In this document: positions 38,543 through 53,300 of the stretch, one piece after another
How positions within the stretch are numbered: the first letter of the stretch is position 1
Layout: each line of letters starts with the position of its first letter
Origin: the human T2T-CHM13v2.0 reference genome, Homo sapiens
NCBI RefSeq assembly: GCF_009914755.1
Contig: NC_060936.1
DNA: 64,000 bases
Reading direction: 5' to 3' (one strand)
The notes under the pieces: model-generated
The model's database searches: none
What the model was told of the DNA's origin: nothing
Seen by the model: only the letters and a program-made list of their open reading frames with translations
Made by a program: the position numbers and the translations under genes

Positions 38543-40504
38543 TCTTTTCCAGCTTTGTGTTTCTGCTTCTGCCTTTTCAGTTTCTTTGATTTCCCACATA
38601 TGGATTTCCTGCCCTGCCTTCTGAGGGTGTTGGGCAGGTGAGAAGCCCTAAGATCATGTTCAGAGCTGAAAACATAATCACCAGATTGGAATACTGGAGA
38701 TGAGATGGTAGAGAATGGCTAGTTTTAGCTTTTCTCATTAACACGGGGTGGGAGCAGATGACCTTTTCCTTTTAGCTGACAGCTAGTCTGCTGGCCATGG
38801 GCACACCCTCCTCCGCAAAGCCTCTTGTGATCTCCAGTCTGACTGGACACGGCTTCTTGCTGCGCCCGTGATCCTAAGCATGGGGTGTGGGTGGTAGGGA
38901 AAAGCCTGGAGCAGGGCTGCTTGGTTGAAATCTTGGCTCTGCAAGTTATTTGGTTTTGCTGTGCCTTCATTTCCCCATTTGCAGAGTGGGGTCAGTATTT
39001 GCCCTGATTCTTAGGGTTGTTAAGAATATTCGATGAGGAGAGCCACATCAAGTGCTTGGAATGCCTGTCTACTGATCATTACTGTTACCAGCGCGATCAT
39101 GGTTTTGATCATGGAAGCTCTTAGCCCACTGCACTGTGATCGGTCTAGGAAGTCCTGTCGCTTCCCCCACAGGTTTCGCAGCAAACGGGCCAGGACAGTT
39201 ATCTCAGGCAGCCTAGAGAACGCCTACAGTGTGAGCAAAGCCACTGTTTAAAGTGAGGTGATACTTTATTCACCAAAGATTCCTTTACTTACAGAAAGTC
39301 CCCCTTGAACTTATGATTTGAATTTTAGACATTTTACCCAATCTCTATCTTTCTCTCTCTTTTTCTCTCTCTCTCTGTCTCTCTCTCCTCCCCGCCCCCA
39401 GCCCTCTTCTTGCATAATGTGAGAAGAGGCTTTCAACAGCCAAATGGAAACCCCCTTTGTCACCTTGTAGGCGTGTGGCATTGGGACACTGAAGTTAGCA
39501 AATCGGCCAGTGACTCATCAGTTTCCTCTCCATAACTGGGGTGTGGTTGGGGGATGGGGCAAAACTGGCACTTGGCAGGAGGCCTTGGCACAGTTCCCAG
39601 GCAGCATTCCTTCTGACCCGTCAGTGACCATGTCCTACCCATTAAGGAATATTGTAATGATCAGCCCTGGAGGAAGGAGCATTAAGATTTCTGCTCTGAC
39701 TTCAGATGTTTTGATACAATTTGGGTAGCTCGAGTTCTCCATCCCTGACAATGAAAATGCCCAGGAATGTCAGGGAAGCGCGTTTTCTGGAAACCTACCT
39801 CCCTGAGACCTGTCTGGCCTGCACAGGGGGGTGGACCGTGTGGGAGAGAGGGGATTGTCCCTCTCCCCAAGGTCAGCTCTGGCTTGCGGAGTAATGGCTC
39901 GTGTGAGTGATGTGTGTGCAGGACTCCATTAGGGGCCCGGCTGTCCAGCTGTCTTGTGGCAAGTGTCTTTGCAGAGAGGGGCGAAAGGAGCAGATAGCTC
40001 CAGAAATGGAGAATAAAGAGACCATTGCTTTCTGCTTTCTGGCAAATTCTGCCAAAATACTGCAGAGAATGAAAAACTTTGAAGGAAAACCCCTTTATCA
40101 GCTATCCCATGCCTTGTGGCCATTGATTCCACGAGCAGGTGTTTCTGAGAGCTGGAAGCTGGCCTGGCCCTGGCCTCTTTCAGGAATAGAACATGTGAGG
40201 ATGGTTGGCTTCACCACCTCCAAAGGGACCTCGGGAGGAGTAACCTCCCAATGGGGCAAGATTACTCACCATGACGGGCAGCTCAGTGCATGGCAACAAG
40301 CGTATGCTCTGCTGGGCAGCCTTCTTGGCTGGAAAACTGGCTCGTGATTCTGACTGTGACTCTCCCTCCTACACTTTCCAAGCCAAGAGCCTCCCCCAGA
40401 TTTCACATGCCTCCCGCATGGCACCTCTGTTCTCCTGCTGCCACCACTCAGACACCCAGGCGTGAGGATTACTCTGAAACCCTGATGCTTGGCCATACCT
40501 GCCC

Positions 40505-40930
40505 CACCATTTCTGAGGCTGCCATAATGAATCACCACAGACCAGGTGGCTTAAAACAACAGAAATGTATTCTTTCCCAGTTCTGGAGGCCAGAAGTCCA
40601 AAATCAAGGTGTCAGCAAAGCTGTACTCCCTCTGGAGACTCTAAGGGAAGATTTATTATTTGCCTCTCCCAGTTGCCAAACTCCTTGGCTTGGGGCCCCA
40701 TCTCTCTGCTCCATGTACACGTTGCTGCCCCCTCTTCTGTCTTCTTTTTTGTCTCTTATAAAGACACGTCATTAATATTTAGGGCCTACCCACACACTCC
40801 AGGATAATCTCAAGATCCTTAGCTTAATCACATCTGCAAAGACCGTTTATCCAGAGAAGGTCACATTCCCAGATTCTGGGAATTTGGATGTGGACCTATC
40901 TTTTGGGGAGGTACCATTCAGCCTACTGTA
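40505..40930 (-). mobile_element. MLT1C-like MaLR solo LTR
   Basis: GGTGGCTTAAAACAACAGAAATGTATTCTTTCCCAGTTCTGGAGGCCAGAAGTCCAAAATCAAGGTGTCAGCA...TTAATCACATCTGCAAAGACC. Confidence 0.9.
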
Positions 40931-41029
40931 CCTGTTAATGGAATGGTTTGTTACATGGATTAACACTGACTTGAGGCTTTCTAGGGTGAGCCTAGAGCAT
41001 TTTCTCAAAAATACACATGTGGTGACACC

Positions 41030-41230
41030 TATTTTTAGCTATTTGACTTGGACAAGTAACTTACCCTCTTTGGGCCTCAGTTTCTTCACCTGTAAAATGG
41101 GAATGATAATAGTACCTACCCATAGGTTTGTTATGAGCATTAAATGAGTTCATGTAAGTACAGTGCTTCGAGTGCTATCTGGCAATTAGCAAAGCACTCC
41201 ATAAATATCAACCATTCTTATGGTGATTAT
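41030..41230 (+). mobile_element. MIR SINE
   Basis: GGGCCTCAGTTTCTTCACCTGTAAAATGGGAATGATAATAGTACCTACCCATAGG. Confidence 0.92.
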
Positions 41231-41929
41231 CATCATGGCATCATAATCATCATTGGAAGCTACCCCAGGCAATGAGACTGTCCTAGACAACTCATTTAAC
41301 ATGTAGCACAGCACATTCACAAACCGTTTGTTTCGACTTTTCGACCTACTTAAAATCACTTGAAATTTGTTGCCGTGTGACCTTGGGCAAGTTCCTTAAC
41401 CTCTCTGAGTCTGGCAGAACATTCCCTGGAAGGGCTGCTGAAAGATTAAATGTGGTCAGCCTCGTGACACATGTTCTGCATCAATCCACGTTGGCTGAGC
41501 AGTGAGAAGGCAGCATGTTACAGTCTTGCCTCTCCACAGACGTTGGTGGCATCTTTCTTCCCTGCCCGTGTCTTTATGGCCGCTCGGTTTTCCTCTGCTG
41601 TCAGCTCTCCCGGCCTCTGTTGAATGGCCTGCACTTAGTTTTAGTCGATTTCCTCCCCTGAGTCTGATTTCTCTGCGGTTTCCAGCACAGATAAGGCTGT
41701 ACATTTCAGACTGCGGTCCCAGAGCAGGATTTTTTTGCTGGCTTCTTTGGGGAGGATGTTTGTTAATACAGAATCAAACCTTAGCTGTTCTGCTAGTAAA
41801 AGATTTCCAGGTAGATTCTAACTTTGTGTGTTTAAAACTCTTAGCTGTTCATTAAAATGCTGCCTTGTTTCTCTCAGTGGTCTGTCAGAGTGATCCGAAC
41901 CAGATCACTAATTCTACGACAACCAGTGT

Positions 41930-42190
41930 TTCTATAATGATAACCACCCTGCCATAGCACTTACTCTGTGCCAGGCATTGTTGTAAGGACTTTATACTTA
42001 ATCCTTGCATCCTAACGAGGAAGGTGCTGTTACAATCCACATTTTAGAGATGAACAAACAAACAAGGCCCAAGAAACAAAAAGTGTTCAGTAACTTCTTG
42101 TCCAGTATCACCCAGTTTATAAGTGGTGAAGCTGGGATTCACACCCAGGCCCTCTTGAGTCCAGCAGCTCTGCTCTGAGCCACCACCCAG
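41930..42190 (-). mobile_element. MIR SINE
   Basis: CACTTACTCTGTGCCAGGCA...CATTTTAGAGATGA...AAGTGGTGAAGCTGGGATTCACACCCAGG. Confidence 0.85.
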
Positions 42191-43164
42191 GACTGTCCCT
42201 CATTAAATGCCTGAATAATTTCGAAGAGTCAGAGTTCCATAAATGTTTATAGAATTAATTGAATATTGAATGGCTTTTCCTGTTAACGGAGGAATCTCAG
42301 TCAGTCTTTGCTAACGGATTAGACTTTTTTTTTTCAGCCCCTGCCTTGAGACAAGTGTAGATTTTTCTCTCACTGGTTTTGCAGTTCTATATCTAGGATA
42401 TAATGCCCTTGTCTTCTTGCCTGTGTATGGTATAAAAAGGATGGTCTTTCAAACCCAGATACCGTGTAACCTGGGCAAGTCACGTAACCTCTCTGAGCCT
42501 CACTTTTCAGGGGTTAATAACATTTAACGCATTAAATGTGCTAATGTATGTAAAGTGCCGGGCATAATAACAGGTCCTGATACATAGTGACTTGAAAAAT
42601 AAAATACAAAATACTTTGCATTTTTCCGAAGAAAGGTACTGCGTAACTCTTAAGGTATATTTTTACTATATTTACCTTGCTGTGGTCAATCTAGTGTAGG
42701 TGTCTCTGTTATATTAATGTTTTAGTGGTGATCACTCTAAGCAGTTACATGTATTAAAATATTCTGGCCAAATGAAAAGTTTATAAAGAAATGCTTTTAA
42801 AATTGAACCAGAAGTAGATGACGATAGTCGTCATTATTTTAAAAAGAGAGGTTTACCGTTGAAATAGATCTCATTAAGGACCTATAATTGACAGAAATTA
42901 CTTCAGCTTCTGTTATGCTCACGTCTTGATGGCAGCATCGAATACACTCATGTGCCCTCTCTACAAGTAAGAATGGTATGGAATTGCTTCAACCGTAGAT
43001 TTGCCTTTTTCCCCCTGGGTGATACAGACTCATAACTTTCCAATATTCATTTTTCTTATTTTCTCTTAGCTATGTAATGTGAGTAGGGTGTATTACTATC
43101 TCCTATTCACAGGATCCAATTAACTGAGGCCATAAGAAATAAATGAATGAATGAATGAACCGAA

Positions 43165-43612
43165 CTAACAACCGCTGTTATGAGCCGAGTGCTTACTCAG
43201 TGCCAAGTGCTTTGTTTGGACTTTATTCAATCCAGGGGTTGAAGAACCACTCACTCTGGAGTCAGATTCCTGGTCCTAAACCACGTACTTAAGCAAATTA
43301 CTTCCCTGTGCCTCAGTTTCCTCTCCTGTGGAATGGGATTAATAACATTGCCATTCTTACAGGGTTGTTTTGAGGCTTAGATGATACATACATGCAAAAA
43401 GTCCACAGCATGCTGTCAGGCTGTAAGCACTCAGTTCCATTAATTGCTGTTGATTCCTTCAAGGACTCTGACAGAGGTACACCCCTGTTTTGTGGATGAG
43501 GAATTTGTGCTCGGAGAAGGTGGGGGCTTACTCAAGGTCACGTGTGCTGTGGTCAGGAGGTGTAGGCTAAAATCCAGGTCTGACTCCAGAGCCAAGGTTC
43601 ACAAGCTACATC
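43165..43612. mobile_element. Nested MIR fragments (plus-strand MIR inside a minus-strand MIR)
   Basis: CTGTGCCTCAGTTTCCTCTCCTGT (plus, 43250-43450) flanked by minus-strand GAGTGCTTACTCAGTGCCAAG and GATGAGGAA...CAAGGTCAC. Confidence 0.7.
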
Positions 43613-43751
43613 CCCGCATGCCTCGACTGGTCAACTCCTATAATTCTGTCTGCATAGGAAAGACCTGTTCAATGATTATCTTTTTATATTGTTTTGATTT
43701 TTGAGTCATGTATCTCATTTGAGCAAGAGATCAGCCTGCAGTTAGGGCACC

Positions 43752-44491
<740 letters not shown>

Positions 44492-45399
44492 GATGGCCAT
44501 TCTCATCGTGCCAGGGTGCTGGCACATTCTTGTTTCTATAGGGGCTGTGTGGTGTGGGCCCCATCCCAGCCCCTGCCCTTACTAGCCTGTGAGCCTAGGC
44601 TAAGCAGACATTTCATTTCTTCGCCCTTCTCCAACCTTCTCCCGACCCTGCCCCATTTCCTCCTTTCCTCATCTGAAGAATAGAGTTTTCAGTACCAGTT
44701 TTGCGTGACTGTTGAGAGCACAAAATGAAGTAATGTGTGGAAAGTGCCTGGTCCTAATTGGCTCTCAAAAATGGGAGCCATTATTCTCGCAATGATTACT
44801 TTTCAATTATTTTTAATGTTCCTGTAATAACAAACAGAGCCCAGTGTCTTGGCCTGGTCAGAGGGAACAAAAGTCTTAGCATGCAGGTCGAGGGGTCCCC
44901 ATGGCCTCCAAAAAGCAGAAAAACAACAAAACCTGGTTCTAACTAGCTAGAACTGGACTCAGTTAGGAACAAAAGGGTTATTCAGCTGACCAGAGGATGG
45001 GCGAGGAACAGAAGGGGAAGGTGAGTGGAGATTAGCTTGTCAAACAGTATTTTCTTGTGAATGCTGCAGATCAAGGCAGTCTTTTGTGACAGCATTTATA
45101 TTAAAAGAGGCCCAAGATATTTATAGCCCCTATTGGAGCCTAGAGCCTAAATAGCAACTCTGTTTGATCAGCCTTTCACAGGTCATGTGATGTTTCTCCT
45201 TCAGGGTGTCCATTTGAAAGTGGGAGAAACCACTAGGAATTTGGGGGGAATAGAGCAGAGAGAGAGAGGTAGGGAAATTTGGTCCATTTGCAGATTCACG
45301 GAAGTTCAAATGTGGCGCATAGCTGCGCACAGCTTCCCCTCCTCCTTGGGTACCATGTTGCCAAGACGGGCGGTTAGAGATTCAATGGCAGAGGGCTAG

Positions 45400-46050
45400 A
45401 TGATTCTGTTTCCAAGGGGCCCTGCTTGCCTTCCAGCCCCACCTCATATCACCCTGTCCCTCAGTTGCTGTTCCAGCCTCTTGGCCCACATTCCTCAAAC
45501 ATGTCAAACAGGTTCCACCAAAGGACTTGCATATTTGCTGTTCCCACTCCTGGAACATACTTCCCTGAGATCTTTCTGTGGTTGGTGCCTTCTCATCAAG
45601 TCTCAGATGAAATATCACCTCCTTCGAGAGGCCTTCTCCAACCTTCCAGGCACTGCTTCTTGCATTGCCTTGTTTTATTGTCTTCATAGCACTTGTCACC
45701 ATCAGAAGTGATCTTGCTCATTAATTTGTCTGGTGTCTCTCTCATCACCTCTAGAATTTAACCTTACATTTAACTTTTATTGCTGGATATCTCTATTGGC
45801 CTATCTTAGGGCCCAATGGAGAAAGAAAAATGTTCTAATAACATATTGTAAAGGTTTGCCTAGAAAGGTATATCCTTCCCCAACATTTCCATTCACTGAA
45901 AGAAAACACCTTATTTGTCTGGTGTCTCTCTCACCACCTCTGGAATGGAACTTCTAGGGGAACAGGGACATTGGCTCTTATTGACTGCCATAACCCCAGA
46001 GTGAGACATTGCCTAACAAATGAAGGGCATTTATGAAAATACTTGCTAAC
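45400..46050 (+). mobile_element. L2 3' region interrupted at 45758-45912
   Basis: GGACTTGCATATTTGCTGTTCCCACTCCTGGAA; GTCTCAGATGAAATATCACCTCCTTCGAGAGGCCTTC; TTCATAGCACTTGTCACCATC; GAACAGGGAC. Confidence 0.85.
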
Positions 46051-47649
46051 ATGCTGCGCTTATTATGGGCCACATCCTGTTCTAAATGTTTTGCATGATT
46101 TAATTCATTTAGTCTTCTCAACTAATCCATTTTACAGATGAGGAAATGGAGGCATAGTTTAATAAATGAAAAACATCAAATGAATTAGACTATTCAGGTA
46201 TACTGGAGGTATTACTGAATTGATTCAGCAATTGTATCAGTTATCCGTTGCTACAGTAATTCTGCATAACAAAACACCCTATTTCTTCATGCTTGTTAAG
46301 GCTGCCAAGGAATGAAAGGACAAGGTTTTTATTTTTCTTCACGGTGGGGGAGATAAAAACCACATTTTATATTTTCAGAGAGTGACAATGAGCATTAATT
46401 GAGCATCTACTGTGCGTCAGGCTCTCGGTTACGTTTGGAATTAAATACTCAAAACAGTCCTCAGGAGTGTGGCATTGACCCCATTTCATTCAGTTTGTGA
46501 AACAGACTGAGAGGTAAAGTCACGTACTCTAGCTCACACAGTCTTAGGGTTATTTTAATTTCTCCCGCTCTAGCTCACACAGTCTCGCCGCTATTTTTAT
46601 CTCTCCTGAGATTCTCCAGACAAAACCAGCTCGTAAGAGGGCACCCATGATGTCGTTGGTACTCAGTAGACATTAGCTGAATGAAGGAGGAGGAAAGGCC
46701 ACCAACCGACCTGTGAGGGTGGATGTTCCTATCTTCGTAGTACTCAGATGAGGAAACTGGAATTTAGAGAGATTCAGTCCAAGGTCACCTGGCTAGTAAA
46801 TGATCAAGTCAAGATTCCAACCCAGAAAGTTCCATTTCCAGAAGCCAGTGCTATCTGAGGGAAGTAGAATTTAGCAGTGAGGACTTCAGGACCCCAAATG
46901 CCTTCTCCACAGTTTACAGCCCCCACCGGCCAGGAGAGAGGCGAAGGGAGACCGAGGGCATATACGTTTGTCTGTAAACCCGTTGGGAGGGTACCCACCG
47001 AGGCCTGGAACCAATTCAGGCCCCGGAGCCTCCGCGTCCTGCTCCATATCCCCCTGAGCCGCAGTCTCCCTTGAGCAGAACTCTGGAGTCAGATCTTCTT
47101 CTTTGACCTCCGCCCCGTGTGTGGTTTGAGAAGGAAGAGTTGGGAATGGAGAGAGCCCTCATGCGAAGTCATTTGCTGATGAGACCCCAGCAGCTGGTGA
47201 GGGGGGCCAGGCCTGTGTGGATTTTGAGTGGGATTTGTGGCCTGAACATACTGGGGCCGCCGAGCCCCAGCTGCAGGGACAGCCAGCACTATCACCTGCC
47301 CTGCAGAGAGCAGGCATCTTTCTTTCCCTTTTGGAAACTGCCATGTGTAATTCATGGTAGAGCACAGAGAAAGACGCAATGGAGCCCCGCCCCATGGAAA
47401 ATCCTAATTAGCTCCCCACAGGGCTGCCAGAATCATGGCAGGCTCCTCACAGCATCTCTGACTCTTGTCAAAGGGTGGCGGCCCTGACTGTCCAGAGGAA
47501 GAGGTCTCCCCACAACAAAACCCCTCTGGTTTGTTTTTGTTGTTGGTTTGTTTTTTTACTGCCCCAGGAATCAGGGTTATCTGCTGGACCACCTTATAAT
47601 TTGCAAAGCCCCACCAACTGGTCTGCTTTCTTTAGAGTGACTTGAACCT

Positions 47650-48110
47650 CTGAGCATTCATCGACTCACCAAGCATCAACTGGACTCCTGCTGTGTGCAG
47701 GGGTTTTGGGCTAGGCCCCAGGGATACAGCAGTGCATAAGGCTGTGTAATCCTTGTTCTCAAGGGGCATACTTTCTGGTTGAGAGGACGCAGGTGATAGC
47801 AAATAGATATATAAGAAGATACAAGGTAGTAATAGCATGAGTGAGCCAGTGGGTGTTGCTCTTAAGCCACGCTCTTGCCTCTCAACACTGGAGTGACATG
47901 CAAATGCCATGGGGACATCTCAGGGACATACTGAGGCAGAGAGAAGAGCAAGTGCAAGGGCACCACAGCAGATGCAAGCCTGGTGGCTGGAAGAAGCAAA
48001 CACAAAGGCTGTGCAAGGAAACCCTGATGAATGTGGGGATGGGGACGGACATGTGGCCAGGCAGGCACACAGGGGCCAATCTGCGGGGCCTGGTCAGACC
48101 ACAGAAGTAA
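47650..48110 (-). mobile_element. L2 3' region
   Basis: CATTCATCGACTCACCAAGCAT...CTAGGCCCCAGGGATACAGCAGTG...CCTTGTTCTCAAGGGGC; CAAGTGCAAGGGC. Confidence 0.75.
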
Positions 48111-48459
48111 GGATGTTCTGCTAGGAAGCACCATTGCTTTTGCCTACTGGGCAGAAGTGCAGAAGTGTGGAGCCTCCCACTGGTGTCCTGTCATTCGAGG
48201 GTTTATTTCTGCTTATTGGGTCAGTGATTCAGCTCCTGCACCTGCTCCATGTGGGAAGGAAATGCTGTGCACTCAGTAAAGTCAGTTCCTCTCAATCCCT
48301 CCTCCTCTGGTATGTGCCCACCCAAACCACGTTTGAAATCATCAGGTCACCCTGACTTTTAACTTATACCACACTCCCCCGGGTTCTCACGTGCAAGCAA
48401 AGCTTGACTAGCTGGGCCCACATCTTTGAGTGCCCCGCCCCCCTGTTCCTGCTGTGAGT

Positions 48460-48690
48460 GAAGGGTTCAGGTGAAGAAGGCATAGATGTTAGGGGCAGAC
48501 AGATCTTAGGTTTGAATCTCAGTCTTGCCACTTAATGGCTGTGTGGTCTTGGACAAGTCTCTTAAAGTCTCTGGACCTCAATAACACTGGGGATAACAAT
48601 ATCTACTTCAAAGGGTTGTTGTGAGGATGAATTGAGATAATAAATGAAGACATCTAGTGCAAGGCAAGTGCTTGATCAGTTTAAAGGTTT
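48460..48690 (+). mobile_element. MIR SINE
   Basis: GGTTTGAATCTCAG...GCTGTGTGGTCTTGGACAAGTC...AGGGTTGTTGTGAGGATGAATTGAGATAAT. Confidence 0.88.
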
Positions 48691-48861
48691 TCTCTTCTTG
48701 CAGTCTCTTACCAGCCTGTTGTGGAGTACCTGGAAGGAAAGGTACAACACTTCTCTAGTAACACATCACTGGGTGGCAGTGAGTACAGCTGGGCTGTCTA
48801 ATGACTTTGTAATGAGTAACTTCATGCATTACCATCTAAATGATAGGATACATAGAAATAG

Positions 48862-49210
48862 ATCATCAATAAAAAGGAATGCAGTACTGATACATGCTAC
48901 ATGGATGAACCTCAAAAACATTATGCTAAGTGAAAGAAATTACTCACAAAAGACCGCATATGATATGATTCTATTAATGTGAAAGTTCCAGAATGGATAA
49001 ATCTATAGAGACAGAAACTAGATTAGTGGTTGCATAGGGCTTAGAAAGGGCATAGACAGAATCTTTTGGGGGTGATAAATATATTCTAAAATTAGGTTAC
49101 AGTGATGATTGCACAACTCTGTAAATACATGAAAAACCACTAAATCGTGCATTTTAAATGGATGAATTTTATGGTACATAAATTATATCTCAAGCTGCTT
49201 TTTAAAAAAG
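48862..49210 (+). mobile_element. L1MB7/8-like 3' end
   Basis: ATGGATGAACCTCAAAAACATTATGCTAAGTGAAAGAA...GATTGCACAACTCTGTAAATA...AAATTATATCTCAA. Confidence 0.9.
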
Positions 49211-49263
49211 AGATATAGTTTCATTACTTTCAGAAATAATACAAAGTTTAAAATGACATGCTA

Positions 49264-49360
49264 AGCCTGGGCAACATGGCAAAACCCCTTCTCTACAGAA
49301 AAAAATAAAATTAGCCAGGTGTGGTAGCATGCACCCGTAGTCCCAGTTGCTACTTGGGAG
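49264..49360 (+). mobile_element. Alu central fragment
   Basis: AGCCTGGGCAACATGGCAAAACCCC...AAATTAGCCAGGTGTGGT...GTAGTCCCAG. Confidence 0.85.
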
Positions 49361-49368
49361 ACAATTGA

Positions 49369-49741
<373 letters not shown>

Positions 49742-51865
49742 TGTTTTGGTTTTTTAAAAAAGACACTGGCATAATATTTTGACAAATGCCGAAATAATAT
49801 AATGTGGGATTGGGCTCTACTGGAAGTATATATGTTGTACAGCACTGGGAACAGCAAATTCCATCAGGGAGGGACAAAGTGAGGGAACAAGAGTATCAGG
49901 AAAGTTTTCTAAAGGAGGTTGCATCTGAGCATGCCGTTGAGGAATAAAAGTGTTCATCTGTCTGGCCAACCGCCACAAACTGAGTAGAGGCAGCAGCACA
50001 CAAAAGAAAAGATCAGTAATATTCTATAAGCTTTGACCTGCCTGAAGAAACAGCAGCAGCATTTGTTATGGTTGTATTTTAGTTGTGTCCTTGGTGACAA
50101 GCAAACCCTCCCTGGCCATCGGACACAAGTGGATCATTGATATCAGTTGACTCCTGGTTACCCCAGTTTTGGTAACACCTGTAATGTCTTGGCCTGGATC
50201 TTGGTAGTGAAAGATTTCATCTCTCTGGTGTTTATGGTCTTGTTTTTCACCAAACTGACATTGGGAGAATCTGAGACAGACTAGAGATAGCAATGGTATC
50301 CTCCATATGGCATTAGGATTTCACCTGTATGATGTGTTTCTCCTGTGAAGCCACCTCATTGGGAAATAAATTCTGCCCCATGGCAACCGATGTTCAATCC
50401 CAGTGACAGCAGCATAGCCCGGCAGAAAGCACTGAGAATCAGGTTCCAGATTTCAACACTGCTCCTGGCCTTAATGAGCCAGCTACCGTAACCGTAGCCA
50501 CCGATCACCAAGTACCAACCCTGTGTCCAGCCCCACCTGACTCTCTGTCCTTCTTCTCCAGACTTGTCTAATAGGGGTAAACTGTACTTATCTTCACGGG
50601 AGTGTTATGCATTCAAAGACAAAAGTGAAGCCACTTTAAAAGATGTACAAACCTCAAAAGGGAAACTAACCTTTGCAGGAAGGAAGAAAGTGTTGAAATG
50701 GCAAAAGGGGGCGGGGTCTTGAGCAGGAGGTGGAATGGAGTATGATTGGGCAGGGGGAGAATGTCACCAATGAGCAGGGTTTGACACTTTCAGGCCCAGT
50801 ATCCACCTGCTCAGTGCGAGACAACCCAGCAGTCAGACAAAACTAAGGCAGAGGCTTCAGCAAAGCTGGACACATGCTAGCTCCCCACCCCAAAACAGAG
50901 AGAGAGGGAAAGAGAAATCATTTATATTTATAAAAATCATCAATGTAGTCATCATAGGACCAGTAAGAAATGAGGCCGGGCTTATACTTACTTTATGGTT
51001 TCACCTTATTTTCACTTCGAATCACATTTTGGAGGTGGCCCTATGGTTTTGTTAGGGTTTCAGACCTCTAAAGGTCTAAATCCAGCTGTGGCTACACTGA
51101 ACAATTTTCCTGTAATGGTTGGGAGCAACTTTGTGGGGTTGAAATATGGTATTCAGAAATATGGATAGATTTTCCCAGGAAATAGTAAGATATGAGATTC
51201 CCCTTTCAGCCACCCCAGAACTGATCACTCTCATGGGGCAGATCTTTGATTTGCCGACACCAGATTACCCACCTGCAAAGGAAAATTTTTAAAAATCATG
51301 CTTTGAACATTTTTCTTTGACATTTGAATTGTATCAATTGTTACATCCCTTGGGCGCATTGCCGGGCAGTGAGTAGATGCCAAGAACATCTACCAGGATG
51401 AATGAAGGAATCTGTCGGTGAATAAATGAATGTGGGAGTGAATGCATGCATTCACATCTATGGGAAAATTCACTATGATTAGATTCACCTCTGAACTCAG
51501 TTCCATCATGCTAGCATCTGTTAGCCAAGTAACCTAAGCTAGAGAGGCCTGGAGTCCTACCAATTCAGTGGATTAGAAGGGCAGAGAGGTGAAAGAATGT
51601 TCCCTTAATGCTTAGCACTTGACTGTAAGTGCACACTGCTGGCAGAATAGTCAGCAGTGGAAATGAGGGAGGAGCGAGGAGATGCGGCAGAACTAGCAGC
51701 GGGGCAGAGCTCCAGATCCCCAAGATGGTGGCATTATTTATGAGAAAGGACTCCTCTTGCAAAACTGTGCGTAGACACATGGGTGTGGCTCTTCCCCCAA
51801 AGGACTGGCTTTCCTTTCCTTCCTTCTTGAAGGATTACAGAATAAATAGGAATTGGTACAAAATG

Positions 51866-51954
51866 TGGATGGATGGATGGATGGATGGATGGATGGATGG
51901 ATGGATAGATGGGTGAGTGAGTGGATGGATAGATGGACAGATAGGTGGATGGAT
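51866..51954. repeat. (GGAT)n tetranucleotide repeat
   Basis: About 10 pure TGGA units followed by degenerate units. Confidence 0.95.
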
Positions 51955-52124
51955 GAGAGGACATCTACACAGGGTGGTGAAAAGAGCATTGGCCTTGAAT
52001 GGCAGAGCTACTCAGCTTCTTTGAGCCCAACTCTATCATCTGTAAAAAGGGGATGGTACACCCTGCCCCTCCATGGCTCCAAAGGCTATTAGAAAGCTCA
52101 AACTGAAAGCCAAGACACCTTTGT

Positions 52125-52452
<328 letters not shown>

Positions 52453-53109
52453 CCAAAACACCTTTGTTCAGTCAAGGTGCTCTGCAGCTATAAGGAATTA
52501 TTTTCTATGCAACCTCTTCCCTCCAAAGACTGCCTCTAATCCCCCATGCTGCAAATATATTATGATTAAAGTGCAAGAGTAAGTCAAAATCTTAGTAAAC
52601 TCTATGATCACTTTGGCATTCCTCCAACAAACTCTGCATGGATTTTGTTCCTCCTCTCAGCTCCCAAGCAATTTTTCTTACATTGGAGGTTGCCAAGATT
52701 TTATGGCTATTTGGTTATCTTATCCATCCAGATGGTTAGCATTAATTTATGCTGAAGTAAATCTGCAAAACCTCATCTGTCTCATTGCTCCAGAAGCATT
52801 AGGTGTAAGGCCTAAAAAAATCTTAATATATAGCCTCCTGAGAGGGCTGAGGTGCGATGTTACTGCATGCTTTTTATTCAATTTGGCTTGAAATTCTGCT
52901 CTTCTATCCCTTGATATTTATATATAAGCAAATTAGGTTGTTTGGTATAAGAAACCTAAACTTATTTTATGACTTTTAATGCAGATGCTCATCTCAAGTT
53001 ACACAGGTGCTTTTTATTGAGAAAAGTTATACCATGATTTATACCAATGATAAATTTTGAACACCTTTTCTCCATTTTTGAATATTCATCATTAAGACAT
53101 AATGTATGG

Positions 53110-53300
53110 GTTGGCGACCAGGGATTCAAATACTCATTAAATGTGTGACCTCAGGCAAGTCTCTCAGCCTAGTTGAGCTCCATTTCCATCACCTAGATGA
53201 ACACTTGCCTGTAGGACTACTGTGAGGATTATATGTTTAATGTATGTGGGGTGCTTGGCACATAATAGCACTTAATAAATGCTATTAGGGACTATTCTTG
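53110..53300 (+). mobile_element. MIR SINE
   Basis: TGTGTGACCTCAGGCAAGTC...TGTGAGGATTA...TGGCACATAATAGCACTTAATAAATGCT. Confidence 0.8.

Noticed and set aside
38041-38641. Long His/Thr-rich and Cys/Val-rich ORFs (126-188 aa)
   Set aside because: Translation of the CA/TG simple repeat
42880-42975. Possible exon ending CAA|GTAAGA
   Set aside because: No polypyrimidine tract at the upstream AG, and the translations are unrecognisable
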